NCBI GenBank assembly: GCA_023392645.1
Contig: JAEVYR010000305.1
Coordinates: forward strand, 1-30,187
DNA: 30,187 bases
Source: Chloroflexota bacterium
GTDB taxonomy: Bacteria > Chloroflexota > Chloroflexia > Thermomicrobiales > UBA6265
Direction: 5' to 3'
This document shows positions 11,158 through 24,465 of the stretch, piece after piece; the first letter of the stretch is position 1, and each line of letters begins with the position of its first letter. Under the pieces are notes generated by a model. That model saw nothing but the letters and a program-made list of their open reading frames with translations. It did no database searches and was not told the DNA's origin. The position numbers and the translations under genes were made by a program.

Positions 11158-12315
11158 GTGTCCTATTACGTCCCCTCCGCCCGCTACGCTCCGCTGCGCG
11201 TCGAAATCGACCCCAACCGGCCGGTACGCGTGGCCATCATCGGCACGGGCATTGGCGCGGCGGTCCACATCCCGGTATTCCGCCAGCTCGAGGAGACGGA
11301 AATCGTCGCGATCGGCTCCCGCCGGATCGAGCGAGCGAAGGAAATGGCCGACCGCCATCGCATCGAGCTGCCCTCGGACGACTACCGCGAGATCGTCGAT
11401 CATCCAGACGTCGATGCCGTCGTCATCGCCACACCGCCCTACCTCCACCACACCATTGCCATCGCCGCGATCGAGGCCGGCAAGCACGTGCTTTGCGAGA
11501 AACCGATGGCGCGCAACCTCGCCGAGGCGCGCGATATGGTCAACCTCGCCCGCACCGCCGATGTCACCGCGGTCGTCAATCACGAGTATCGCTACATGCC
11601 GGCCCGGCACCACGTCAAGACCATCATCGACGAGGGGTTTCTCGGCACGCCCCAATCGGCGTCGATCGTCGTCTACCGATCCAGTCTCGCCGACCCGCGG
11701 GGCCGTCCCTTCAGCTGGTTGATGGAGCGCGACAAGGCCGGCGGCATGCTGGCGGCGTCCGGTTCGCACTACATCGACCTGCTGCGCTGGTGGTTCGGCG
11801 ACATCAAGGCCGTCGCCGGCCTCACAGCGACGATGGTGCCACAGCGCCACCTGCCCGACTCGTCGGAAATGGCCCATGTCGACGCCGACGACAACTTCTC
11901 GTTGATGCTGCGGTTCCAGAACGGGGCGATCGGCACGATCCATGTCTGCGCCACCGCGGCCAGCGACGCCGGCGAGGAAATCACCCTTGCCGGCTCGGCG
12001 GGAATGATCCTGCTGCAGGGCGATGGCGCGCTGTGGGGGGCGCGCAGTGGAGACGCCGGTCTCTTCGAAATCGACGTGCCGCGCGGTCCGGAGCGCAAGC
12101 TGCCGGAATTCGGCCACATCCTCGCGCGGCCGACGGCGCTGCTGGCGATGGACTGGATCCATGCGATCCGCACCGGGGATCCGCCCGCGCAATTGCCCAC
12201 GTTCGAGGACGGCGCGCGCGTGCAGGAGATCATCGACGGCGTCCACCGCTCGTCGGCGCAGGGTCGCCGGATCGACACCAGCGGCACCCGCTGGCCGGTA
12301 TCCCGAGGATTCTGA
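11158..12315 (+). CDS. Gfo/Idh/MocA family NAD(P)-dependent oxidoreductase
   Basis: VAIIGTGIG Rossmann motif, AGKHVLCEKP, GGMLAASGSHYIDL. The start (GTG 11158) is uncertain. Confidence 0.92.
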   Translation: MSYYVPSARYAPLRVEIDPNRPVRVAIIGTGIGAAVHIPVFRQLEETEIVAIGSRRIERAKEMADRHRIELPSDDYREIVDHPDVDAVVIATPPYLHHTIAIAAIEAGKHVLCEKPMARNLAEARDMVNLARTADVTAVVNHEYRYMPARHHVKTIIDEGFLGTPQSASIVVYRSSLADPRGRPFSWLMERDKAGGMLAASGSHYIDLLRWWFGDIKAVAGLTATMVPQRHLPDSSEMAHVDADDNFSLMLRFQNGAIGTIHVCATAASDAGEEITLAGSAGMILLQGDGALWGARSGDAGLFEIDVPRGPERKLPEFGHILARPTALLAMDWIHAIRTGDPPAQLPTFEDGARVQEIIDGVHRSSAQGRRIDTSGTRWPVSRGF

Positions 12316-12501
12316 CCGCCGGCGAGACGGGTTGCCGAATCCCCGTGTCACCCCCAAGACCGCGACCCGAATCCCGTGTACCATGAAGCTCCGTCGGTGC
12401 GGGCGGGCATTCCCACTCCGCATCGCTGATAGTCGACACCCGCAGGGGCGGCACGAAGGCCGCTCCAGCCGATGCGGCACCCAAAGGAGACTTGCCCCGC
12501 C

Positions 12502-13632
12502 ATGGTCGCCCCCGTAACCGCCACCCAGACGATCCTCGCCCCGGATGCCGAGGTCGAGACTCCGGCACTGATCGTGTCCGAGGAAATCCTGCACAACAAC
12601 ATCTCGCGCATGGCCTCGTTCGCGAAAAGCGTCGGCGTCGATGTGCGGCCGCACATCAAGACCCACAAGACGCCGCAGATCACCAGCCTCCAGATCGCCG
12701 CCGGCGCGATCGGCGTCACCTGCGCCAAGGTCGGCGAAGCGGAGGTGATGGTCCACCAGGCCGGTGTGCAGGATGTGCTGCTGGCCTACCCGACCGTCGG
12801 GGTGAGCAAGTTCGAGCGGCTGGTCGCGCTGATGGAAAAGGCGCGCATCATCCAGGCGGTCGACTCGATCGCCGCGGCGAAGATGCTCTCCGAGACGATG
12901 TCGCACTTCGACGCGCACATGGACGTGATGATCGAGGTGAACACCGGGCAGAACCGCAGCGGCGTGGCGTACGGCCAGGAAGCGATCGCGCTGGCGCGGG
13001 AGGTCGCCCGGCTGCCGAACCTGCATCTCGTCGGCATCATGACCCACGAAGGGCAGGCCAACAGCGCCGGTCCGGAGAATATTGAGCGAATCGCGACGAA
13101 GGCCGGCGAGGACATGGTCGCCACGGCCAACGCGATCCGGGAGGAAGGCATCGAGCTGACCACGGTCAGTGTCGGTTCGACCCCGGCGGCGTTCATCACG
13201 CCACGCGTCGAAGGCATAACCGAGATGCGTCCGGGCACGTACGTGTTCAACGACAACTCGGCGCTGTTCTATGGTCAGCTCGGTATCGACGACATGGCGG
13301 CGCGATTCGCGGCGACCGTCGTCAGCCGGCCGGCGGCGGATCGGGCGGTCCTGGATACCGGCTCGAAGTCGCTGGCGATGGACCCGAGTCGCGGTCACGA
13401 GGGGCACGGCTACATCGTCGATCACCCGGACGCGATCATCACCAAGCTCAGCGAGGAGCACGGGGTCGTCCACGTGCCGGAGGGCGAAACGGGATTCGAG
13501 GTCGGCGACCGGGTCGAGGTGGTGCCGAACCACGTCTGCCCGACGGTGAACCTGATGGACGAAATGCTGATCGTCCGTGACGGCCACGTCGTCGACACCT
13601 GGCAGATCGCCGCGCGCGGCAAGGTCCGCTAG
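12502..13632 (+). CDS. DSD1/D-threonine aldolase-like PLP-dependent enzyme (fold type III)
   Basis: ETPAL, RPHIKTHK (PLP lysine), GSTP, EMRPGTYVFND, LSEEHG, PNHVCPTVNL; AAGGAG RBS. Confidence 0.92.
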   Translation: MVAPVTATQTILAPDAEVETPALIVSEEILHNNISRMASFAKSVGVDVRPHIKTHKTPQITSLQIAAGAIGVTCAKVGEAEVMVHQAGVQDVLLAYPTVGVSKFERLVALMEKARIIQAVDSIAAAKMLSETMSHFDAHMDVMIEVNTGQNRSGVAYGQEAIALAREVARLPNLHLVGIMTHEGQANSAGPENIERIATKAGEDMVATANAIREEGIELTTVSVGSTPAAFITPRVEGITEMRPGTYVFNDNSALFYGQLGIDDMAARFAATVVSRPAADRAVLDTGSKSLAMDPSRGHEGHGYIVDHPDAIITKLSEEHGVVHVPEGETGFEVGDRVEVVPNHVCPTVNLMDEMLIVRDGHVVDTWQIAARGKVR

Positions 13633-13714
13633 CCACCGTCAAACGCCAACTTGCGACCCCGGGCCGTGCGCCCGGGGTTTGCCGTCGTACACGACGTCGG
13701 CGCAACCATGCTGG

Positions 13715-14191
13715 CTATCCCGGCTCGAGGCGGTACCGAAACATCTGAACGGTCCACTCGGGCAACGGCGTCGGCTTCTCGGCGTACCATTCCGCGCCCA
13801 TCGCCCGGTAGAACGAGGCCGCGTTCGGGTCGGAGCCGACCACAAAGGTGTCGTGGCCGAGGGCGCGGGCAGTTTCGACGGCGTGCAGCCACAGGGCCTT
13901 GCCACACCCCGTGCCGATGCGGTCGATATCGACGAAGAGCTTGTCGAGCAGCAGCTCGCCATCTTCCATCGTGAAGCCGTAGAAGCCGACCACGCGCCCC
14001 TCCTCTTCCAGCACAACGACCGGGTTGTCCCGCACGTACTCCTCGGGAATGACGCGCGCCCCCGGCGCCCAGTCGAAGAAATCCGGCGGGTAGCCCCAGT
14101 GCGTCGATGATCGGCTCTGGAGGTCGGCGAGCATGCTGGCCTCGTGCGGCGCGGCGGGTCGAATGGTCCGGGTCGAGGATGTCGATGCCAT
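13715..14191 (-). CDS. GNAT family N-acetyltransferase
   Basis: IRPA, HWGYPPDF, VVGFY, LDKLFV, IGTGCGKALW acetyl-CoA loop, SDPNAASFYRAMG. Confidence 0.92.
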   Translation of the reverse strand: MASTSSTRTIRPAAPHEASMLADLQSRSSTHWGYPPDFFDWAPGARVIPEEYVRDNPVVVLEEEGRVVGFYGFTMEDGELLLDKLFVDIDRIGTGCGKALWLHAVETARALGHDTFVVGSDPNAASFYRAMGAEWYAEKPTPLPEWTVQMFRYRLEPG

Positions 14192-14359
14192 GTGGACGCT
14201 CCCTGCGAGTGCTGACGAACGTCCGCCGATGGTGACAGGAAAACGTCACAGTACATCGTCGCGCTGCGGACGATCCGCCCGGGTCGCGAGAGGTGGGGAC
14301 ATGCCCACCTGGCCCCGTGAAGCGTGGCGTGCCCACCGATTGACTCATCTCATATAATT

Positions 14360-14457
14360 GAGGTGAACGTTGGTTCTTGTGGTGGGAAAGTCATCTCTTC
14401 CACGCCTATTCAGGAGATGCCCGGGTGAGGTCGGGTCAGGGACCACGTTCAATCCTC
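14360..14457 (+). ncRNA. Candidate structured (pseudoknotted) small RNA convergent with the BECR-like ORF
   Basis: TATAAT at 14353-14358. A 15-bp closing stem (14364-14379/14437-14451) uses G-U pairs valid only on the + strand. It encloses hairpins and a CATCTC/GAGATG loop-downstream pairing. Confidence 0.55.
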
Positions 14458-14928
14458 GCCTGACCTCTCCTCACGAGTCACATAGTCTCCTTTGGCTATC
14501 ATGTTCTGGAGGTAGTTCCTGTCGGATGGGCTGTGTATGGTGATGACATTGTGGCTTTCATTCCGGTCACGCCCAAGCACCGCGACGCACCAGCGATACT
14601 CAACCTGAAAGAAGACCCGCCAAATGTCAGCTTTGCCCGGCTCGAGTCCGGCAAAGCGCCAGCCAGCCATATGTTCGGACAGATTCTGGATGACTCGCAA
14701 CTCGATTGGCTGGGAATGACGCTCCAGAACACGCTGATACTTGGACTTTGCCCAGCGGAACACAGGTACATCAACACCACATACGTGTTGCAGATCCTCG
14801 GAAATCACCACCCGGTGTTGAGGAGCTTCCCAATCCAGAATCGGCAAAGTGTCCTCATTCCAAATTCCCCCGGGAATCCGATGCGCCCGTGGATTGATGG
14901 GACTGATTTCCATCTCCACCGACTGCAT
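14449..14928 (-). CDS. Hypothetical protein, probable BECR-fold ribonuclease (phage MuF C-terminal toxin/PBECR-like)
   Basis: AT-richer than the flanks. Pattern ...KYQRVLERH...helix...WRVFFQVEYRWCVAVLGRDRNESHNVITIH...C-terminal helix fits the helix-His plus 3-4-strand meander of BECR nucleases. Start uncertain (14946 GTG, 14928 or 14913 ATG). Confidence 0.55.
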   Translation of the reverse strand: MQSVEMEISPINPRAHRIPGGIWNEDTLPILDWEAPQHRVVISEDLQHVCGVDVPVFRWAKSKYQRVLERHSQPIELRVIQNLSEHMAGWRFAGLEPGKADIWRVFFQVEYRWCVAVLGRDRNESHNVITIHSPSDRNYLQNMIAKGDYVTREERSGED

Positions 14929-15039
14929 CGGCTCGTCGTCAGGCACCGGCCACCATCCATTTCTCCTGCCGCCTCTCCCGCCTGAGTGTGTTGTGAACAG
15001 TGCAGATTGGAACATGACACGCGGCGGTCGACAAGACGA

Positions 15040-15062
15040 CGGGCCGCGACAACCCCGGCCCG
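15040..15062 (-). terminator. Hairpin downstream of gltB
   Basis: CGGGCCG-N9-CGGCCCG inverted repeat ~30 nt after the gltB stop. Confidence 0.4.
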
Positions 15063-15091
15063 GACGAGGTCTTCGGTTTGCCACTGAGAGA

Positions 15092-19618
<4,527 letters not shown>

Positions 19619-19849
19619 GCGGTGCTCCTCTGGCGCGGTCGCGAGCGTTCTGGTCGACGGGCCCGTCAATCGGCCGACCCGCGTTTCAGGAACGGACCAG
19701 CCAATCGTGCCGGGCGCACAAGAGCGTCGATTGATCGGCGGTGACATGCACTCCGGCGGCGGGAAACTCCACATCGTTGTGGGGGATTTCAGTGTACGGG
19801 CGGGTGGAAGCGCCGCACAGGTACCGAGCGCAAAGAGTTTCTCGTGTCA

Positions 19850-19872
19850 GTTTTGGATGTTGCGCCCAAAAC
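19850..19872. promoter_or_regulatory. Palindromic putative operator in the gltB/glnA-like divergent region
   Basis: GTTTTGG-N9-CCAAAAC perfect 7-bp inverted repeat. Confidence 0.4.
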
Positions 19873-20041
19873 CATCGAATGTGCTGTATCCTGCAAGCGA
19901 ATCCGGAGGCGACGGCGCTTCCGCTCCGCGTGAATCCGCAGCGTCGGTCGATCCACATGGTGGTTTTCCTGGCCTCCTTGGGCCGGGTGCACAGATTGTT
20001 CAGACTGTCACAAGGTTCAATCCAGGGAGGAACCCGACACC

Positions 20042-21421
20042 ATGGCCCGCTCCCCCAGCCAGATGACGGCCGCGCCGGCCCGCCGCGATCCCGAGCAGGT
20101 CGCGGCGGCGCTGGCGACGATCGCCGCGAACGACGTTCGCCTGATCGACCTCCAGTTCAGCGACATCGCCGGCGGCATCAAGGCGCTCACGATTCCGGTG
20201 AACCTGCTGGAGACGACGTTCTCGCGCGGCTACCGCTTCGATGGCGCCGCCCTCAGCGGCGGCCGACGGCAGGTGGAGCTCGATCTCTTCCTCGCCCCGG
20301 ACCCGCAAACGCTGACGATCCTGACGCCATACGAGGGCGAGCCGCGGCGGGCGCAAATCTTCTGCTGGGTGCTGCGGCGCGACGGCCAGCCGTTCGCCGG
20401 CGATCCGCGCTCGGCGCTGCAGCGCCAGCTCGAGCGGGCCGCCGACCAGGGCTACGATTACTCCGCGGGCATCGAGATGGAGTTCTACCTGCTCCGCCAG
20501 CCCGAGCCGGCCTACGCCGCACCGTTGCCCGCCACCGACGCGGCCGGCTACTTCGACGTCGGCGAGGACGAGCTGGCCAGCACGCGCAACGAGATCGTCG
20601 ACACGCTCGCCGCGATGGGCATCGGCATCGGCGGCGCCCATCATGAGACCGGCCCCGGTCAGCAGGAGCTCGACCTCCACCCCACGGGCGGCATCGCCAT
20701 CGCCGACCAGATTGTCACCACCCGTCAGGTGATCCGCACCATCGCCGAGCGACGCAACCTGCGCGCGACCTTCATGCCGAAGCCGTTCCCCGACGCGCCA
20801 GGCTCCGGCATGCACGTCTTCCAGCAGATCGCCAGCTACCCTGGCGGCGAGGACCTGTTGAGCGACGCCAATGCCGCCGACGGCATCTCCGACCTGGCAC
20901 GCCGGGTGATCGCCGGCCTGCTCGGGCACGCGCCGGGCATGTCGGTGATCGCCTGCACCACGGTCAACTCGTACAAGCGCCTCGACGCCGGCCACCGGGC
21001 GCCTCGACACGCATCGTGGGCGCGGGTCAGCCAGGCATCGCTGGTCCGCGTGCCCTCACCGTACGAGTCGGCTCGGGCCGACATCGAGCTCCGCAGCCCG
21101 GATGCGGTCACCAACCCCTACCTGCTTTTCGCCGCGACGCTGGGCGCGGCACTGAACGGCATCGCCGACGACGAGGAACCGACGCCGCCGCTGGACGAGC
21201 TGCTGGTGCAATACGACGACGACGAGCTGAACCGGCTCGGCGTGCCCCTGCTGCCGACGACGCTCGGCGAGGCGATCGACGTGTTCGCCACCGACGACGT
21301 GGTGCGCGACGCGGTCGGCTCGTACATCGCCGACCAGCTCATCCACGTGAAGCGGGCCGAGTGGCGCGCCTACCAGTCACACATCAGCCCATGGGAGCAC
21401 CTGCGCTATGGCGACCTGTAG
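20042..21421 (+). CDS. Glutamine synthetase family protein (GSI-like, atypical active site)
   Basis: LQFSDIAG, GIEMEFYL, HHETGPGQQE, TFMPKP..GSGMH, NSYKRL, IELRSPD present; the flap reads GHRAP and NRS reads SQA. Confidence 0.9.
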   Translation: MARSPSQMTAAPARRDPEQVAAALATIAANDVRLIDLQFSDIAGGIKALTIPVNLLETTFSRGYRFDGAALSGGRRQVELDLFLAPDPQTLTILTPYEGEPRRAQIFCWVLRRDGQPFAGDPRSALQRQLERAADQGYDYSAGIEMEFYLLRQPEPAYAAPLPATDAAGYFDVGEDELASTRNEIVDTLAAMGIGIGGAHHETGPGQQELDLHPTGGIAIADQIVTTRQVIRTIAERRNLRATFMPKPFPDAPGSGMHVFQQIASYPGGEDLLSDANAADGISDLARRVIAGLLGHAPGMSVIACTTVNSYKRLDAGHRAPRHASWARVSQASLVRVPSPYESARADIELRSPDAVTNPYLLFAATLGAALNGIADDEEPTPPLDELLVQYDDDELNRLGVPLLPTTLGEAIDVFATDDVVRDAVGSYIADQLIHVKRAEWRAYQSHISPWEHLRYGDL

Positions 21422-21463
21422 ATCTTGCAGGGTGAATCGCCACCTGATCGATACAAGGAGCTA

Positions 21464-21677
21464 TGTCATTTCGAGCGCAGCGGCACAGCCGCGAAGCCGA
21501 GAAATCTCTTGCTTCCAAAACGCCAATTCCCGGCGGGCAAGAGATTTCTCCGCGCGCGCCCTGCGGGCGCCTGGTCGAAATGACAGGTTGGGCGACGGTG
21601 CGTTGGGTGGGGCGCGGTGCGGGAGAGCTTTCCCCGTTCCGCACCCTGCGGGTGCTCCCGTCGAAATGACAGGTTGG
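21464..21677. repeat. REP-like palindromic element plus a partial second right arm
   Basis: TGTCATTTCGA (21464) ... TCGAAATGACA (21575-21585), with inner IR GAGAAATCTCTTGC/GCAAGAGATTTCTC. CCCTGCGGG..TCGAAATGACAGGTTGG is repeated at ~21644-21677. Confidence 0.8.
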
Positions 21678-21706
21678 TGTGAATCGATCGACGCGGAGGC
21701 CGCGCC

Positions 21707-23347
21707 ATGATCACCGTGCAGGATGTCCTCAAGGAGGCGCTCCCCGCGGGCACCCGTGTCGCCGCTGGCGAGGCCGGGCTGTCGCGCGAGGTCACCTGGG
21801 CGACTCGCCTCCGCTCCGCGCCGCCCGCCTTCGAGCATCTGTCCGGCGGCGAGGTGGTGATGCTGCCGCCGCACGTGCTGGAGGAGCTCGACGAGCGACT
21901 GACGCTGGCCGATGCGATTCAGCAGCTTGCCAGCTTCAACGTCGCCGCCATCGCCGTCACGTCGGCTCCCGGCATCCGGGCCCGCGATGTCGCCGACGCC
22001 GCCGGCATCACCTTGCTGGTGCTGCCACGCTCGACCGACCTCGGGCCTCTGGAGCGACAGACCGCCCGCTTCATCTCGGAGCAGCGACGGGCGATCCAGC
22101 ACCGCGGGCAGGAGGTCACGCGACGCCTGATGGAGCTCGCGATCGCCGGCGAACCGCTCGAAGAGCAGGTCAGCACGCTGGCCCAGCTCGCCAGCCGCAC
22201 CGTCGTGGTGGAAGGAAGGGACGGACGCCTGCTCGCCGCCCACACGCCGGACGGCAACCGGCCCGGCCCGAGCGTGGACGAGACGATCCGGACCACCCGC
22301 GACCGAGTGGGCCCGTGGCTGCGCTCGGTCGCGACCACAAGCGCCGCCGAGCCGGCGACGACCGTGCTCGACGGCCACAACGGCTGGCGGCGCGTGGTAG
22401 CGCCGGTGGTCGGGCGCGACGGGCTGCTCGGCAGTCTCTCGCTGGTGGTCGAAGGGAGCACGTCCACGGCGGATCAGATCCTCACCGCTCGCGGCGCGGC
22501 CGCCTGCGCGGTGACGATGGCGCGCGACCAGGCCGCCGCCTACGCCCGCCGCGAGGTCGAGCTGAACGTGCTCGACGAGATTCTCGACGGCGCGCTGCGC
22601 AGCGAAATCTCGCTCCAGCAGCAGCTCAAGCGGCTCGGACACGATATCGAGCAGCCTCACGTGGCGCTGCTCGTGCGCGCCAACACCGAAGACGGGGTGA
22701 ACCGGGTCCGGGCGCGCCGGTGGCCGATGCTTGAAGAGGGTGTCCACCGTGCGGCCGCCCGCCACGGGGCGAAACTGCTCTGGCGCGTGCGGGGGTCTAT
22801 CGCCGAGGTGCTGTGGCCCATCCAGGAAGGCACGGACATCTCGGAGGTCGCCGAGGCGCTGCGAGAGGAGGTCCGCACTGCCCTTGGGCACGAGGGATTG
22901 CAGGAGGCGGTATCCGTCGGGGTTGGCCGGATCGGCAGCGGGTTCGGCGGCGTGCGCCAATCGCATCACGAGGCGCGTCAGGCGCTGATGCTGGGCAAGC
23001 GGGTGCGCGGCAGCGGTCAGGTGACGCTGTTCGACCAGCTCGGCGTCTACCGGCTGATCTTCGCCGCCGAGCACCTGCCCGAGATGCAGGGGTTCCTGGA
23101 GGAGACGCTGGGGTCGCTGGTCGCCTACGACGCGCAGCACGGCGCGGATCTGGTGCGGACGTTGGAAGCGTTTTTCCAGGCGAATTGCAGCCCGAAAGAG
23201 ACGGCGCAGTTGCTGCAGGTCCACCGCAACACCGTGCTCTACCGCCTTGACCGCATCGGGGCGATCATGCAGGTCGACCTCGGCGACCCCGACACTCGCC
23301 TGCGCCTGCACCTGGCGCTCCACGTCCGCCTCGCCCTGGCGGCGTAA
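21707..23347 (+). CDS. PucR family transcriptional regulator
   Basis: N-terminal PucR-type domain (ITVQDVL...VAAGEAGLSREVTW), GGDEF-like middle, C-terminal HTH LVRTLEAFFQANCSPKETAQLLQVHRNTVLYRL. Confidence 0.93.
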   Translation: MITVQDVLKEALPAGTRVAAGEAGLSREVTWATRLRSAPPAFEHLSGGEVVMLPPHVLEELDERLTLADAIQQLASFNVAAIAVTSAPGIRARDVADAAGITLLVLPRSTDLGPLERQTARFISEQRRAIQHRGQEVTRRLMELAIAGEPLEEQVSTLAQLASRTVVVEGRDGRLLAAHTPDGNRPGPSVDETIRTTRDRVGPWLRSVATTSAAEPATTVLDGHNGWRRVVAPVVGRDGLLGSLSLVVEGSTSTADQILTARGAAACAVTMARDQAAAYARREVELNVLDEILDGALRSEISLQQQLKRLGHDIEQPHVALLVRANTEDGVNRVRARRWPMLEEGVHRAAARHGAKLLWRVRGSIAEVLWPIQEGTDISEVAEALREEVRTALGHEGLQEAVSVGVGRIGSGFGGVRQSHHEARQALMLGKRVRGSGQVTLFDQLGVYRLIFAAEHLPEMQGFLEETLGSLVAYDAQHGADLVRTLEAFFQANCSPKETAQLLQVHRNTVLYRLDRIGAIMQVDLGDPDTRLRLHLALHVRLALAA

Positions 23348-23428
23348 CGTGTTTGCACGTAACGTGCTGGTTCCTTCGTGTCGGTACAATGTCCATTCGA
23401 GGTCAGATCAACCGGAGGTTCCCGCACC

Positions 23429-23698
23429 TTGGACCTGCACATACCCGATGATGTCGCCAGGATACTCGGCAAGAACCCGGATCGAGAGGCGCTGGAGGCC
23501 ATCCTCCTGCACCTGATTCGCTCCGGGCGCGTGAGCGTCGCCTGGGCGGGGTCACGCCTTGGACTCGACCGCTGGCAGTCCATCGAGTGGTACACATCGT
23601 ATGGGTATCCTTATCCCGACTACACCGAAGTAGAACTGGAAGAGGATCTCCGGCACGTCCAGAAGCTGCGCAAGGAATCAGCGGACGGCCCTGAATGA
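23429..23698 (+). CDS. UPF0175 family putative antitoxin
   Basis: GGAGG RBS, TTG start; GRVSVAWAGSRLGLDRW HTH and acidic YTEVELEEDL tail; ATGA-coupled to the PIN gene. Confidence 0.82.
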   Translation: MDLHIPDDVARILGKNPDREALEAILLHLIRSGRVSVAWAGSRLGLDRWQSIEWYTSYGYPYPDYTEVELEEDLRHVQKLRKESADGPE

Positions 23699-24240
23699 CC
23701 GAATCCGTTGAATCGTCTCGGCAGACACCTTCGACGCAAGCTCCGGCAGTATACGATGCGAGCCCCTTGATTCTTCTTGACACGCTCGGATACATCCGCG
23801 CACTGCGCGAGTTGCGTGAGATCATCCTGATCCCGGCAGCTGTCTCACGGGAGCTCAGTCTCCGGCCCGGGATGCCTGGCTCCGACATTCCCAATCTGGC
23901 GTGGGTACAGGTTCGAACGGTCGCGCAGCACCACCTTCACCGAGTCGTCGACGGCCCTCCTGCCATCGATTCCGGGGAGGCAGAAGCAATCGCCTTGGCG
24001 CTGGCTCAGCGAACCGGCGTGGTTATAGACGACTTGAAGGGCCGAGAGCGTGCTCGCAGACTCGGAGTCAGCGTCACCGGGTTGCTTGGCGAAGTGATTG
24101 CCCTCCACAGTTTCGGAATTGCCCAGGCGTATTCGCGCCGCAGCCCGAGGGATGATCTCGATCTCCTCAGCCAGGCGGGGATGCGCCTCACCGATGAGTT
24201 GCGGCGCCGCGTGCTTCGAGAACTGGAAAGCAACGAATGA
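23695..24240 (+). CDS. DUF3368 PIN-domain putative toxin
   Basis: VYDASPLI, IPAAVSREL, IDSGEAEAIALA, VVIDDLKGRERARRLGVSVTGLLG. Confidence 0.88.
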   Translation: MTESVESSRQTPSTQAPAVYDASPLILLDTLGYIRALRELREIILIPAAVSRELSLRPGMPGSDIPNLAWVQVRTVAQHHLHRVVDGPPAIDSGEAEAIALALAQRTGVVIDDLKGRERARRLGVSVTGLLGEVIALHSFGIAQAYSRRSPRDDLDLLSQAGMRLTDELRRRVLRELESNE

Positions 24241-24465
24241 AGGCAGGCGCTTCTCGCCGCGGTTTGGTTTCAATTAGGCAAGTTTCCCAACGCCACCATG
24301 GGCCGGGGCCGGCGCCTCGCGCTCCACGTCCGCCCGGCACACGCGGCGTAGCATAACTCCACCGAGGTCGCCCGTAGCGGCGATCGATGATGATCGCCCG
24401 GGCAGCATCAGCATCGGGCCGGCACACAACCGGCCCCTAGACGTTCGTCGATTCTCTCGGTCGGC

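Noticed and set aside
12335..12380. Short direct repeat CCGAATCCC(C)GTGT
   Set aside because: There are only two short copies and no array or spacer structure; it is not CRISPR and no function can be supported.
14340..14358. TTGACT + TATAAT as a complete sigma70 promoter
   Set aside because: The spacing is only 7 bp, so TTGACT cannot be the -35. Only the -10 is used as evidence.
14533..14985. 150-aa + strand ORF as a protein antitoxin for the BECR-like gene
   Set aside because: It lies almost entirely antisense to that ORF, with no RBS or recognisable fold.
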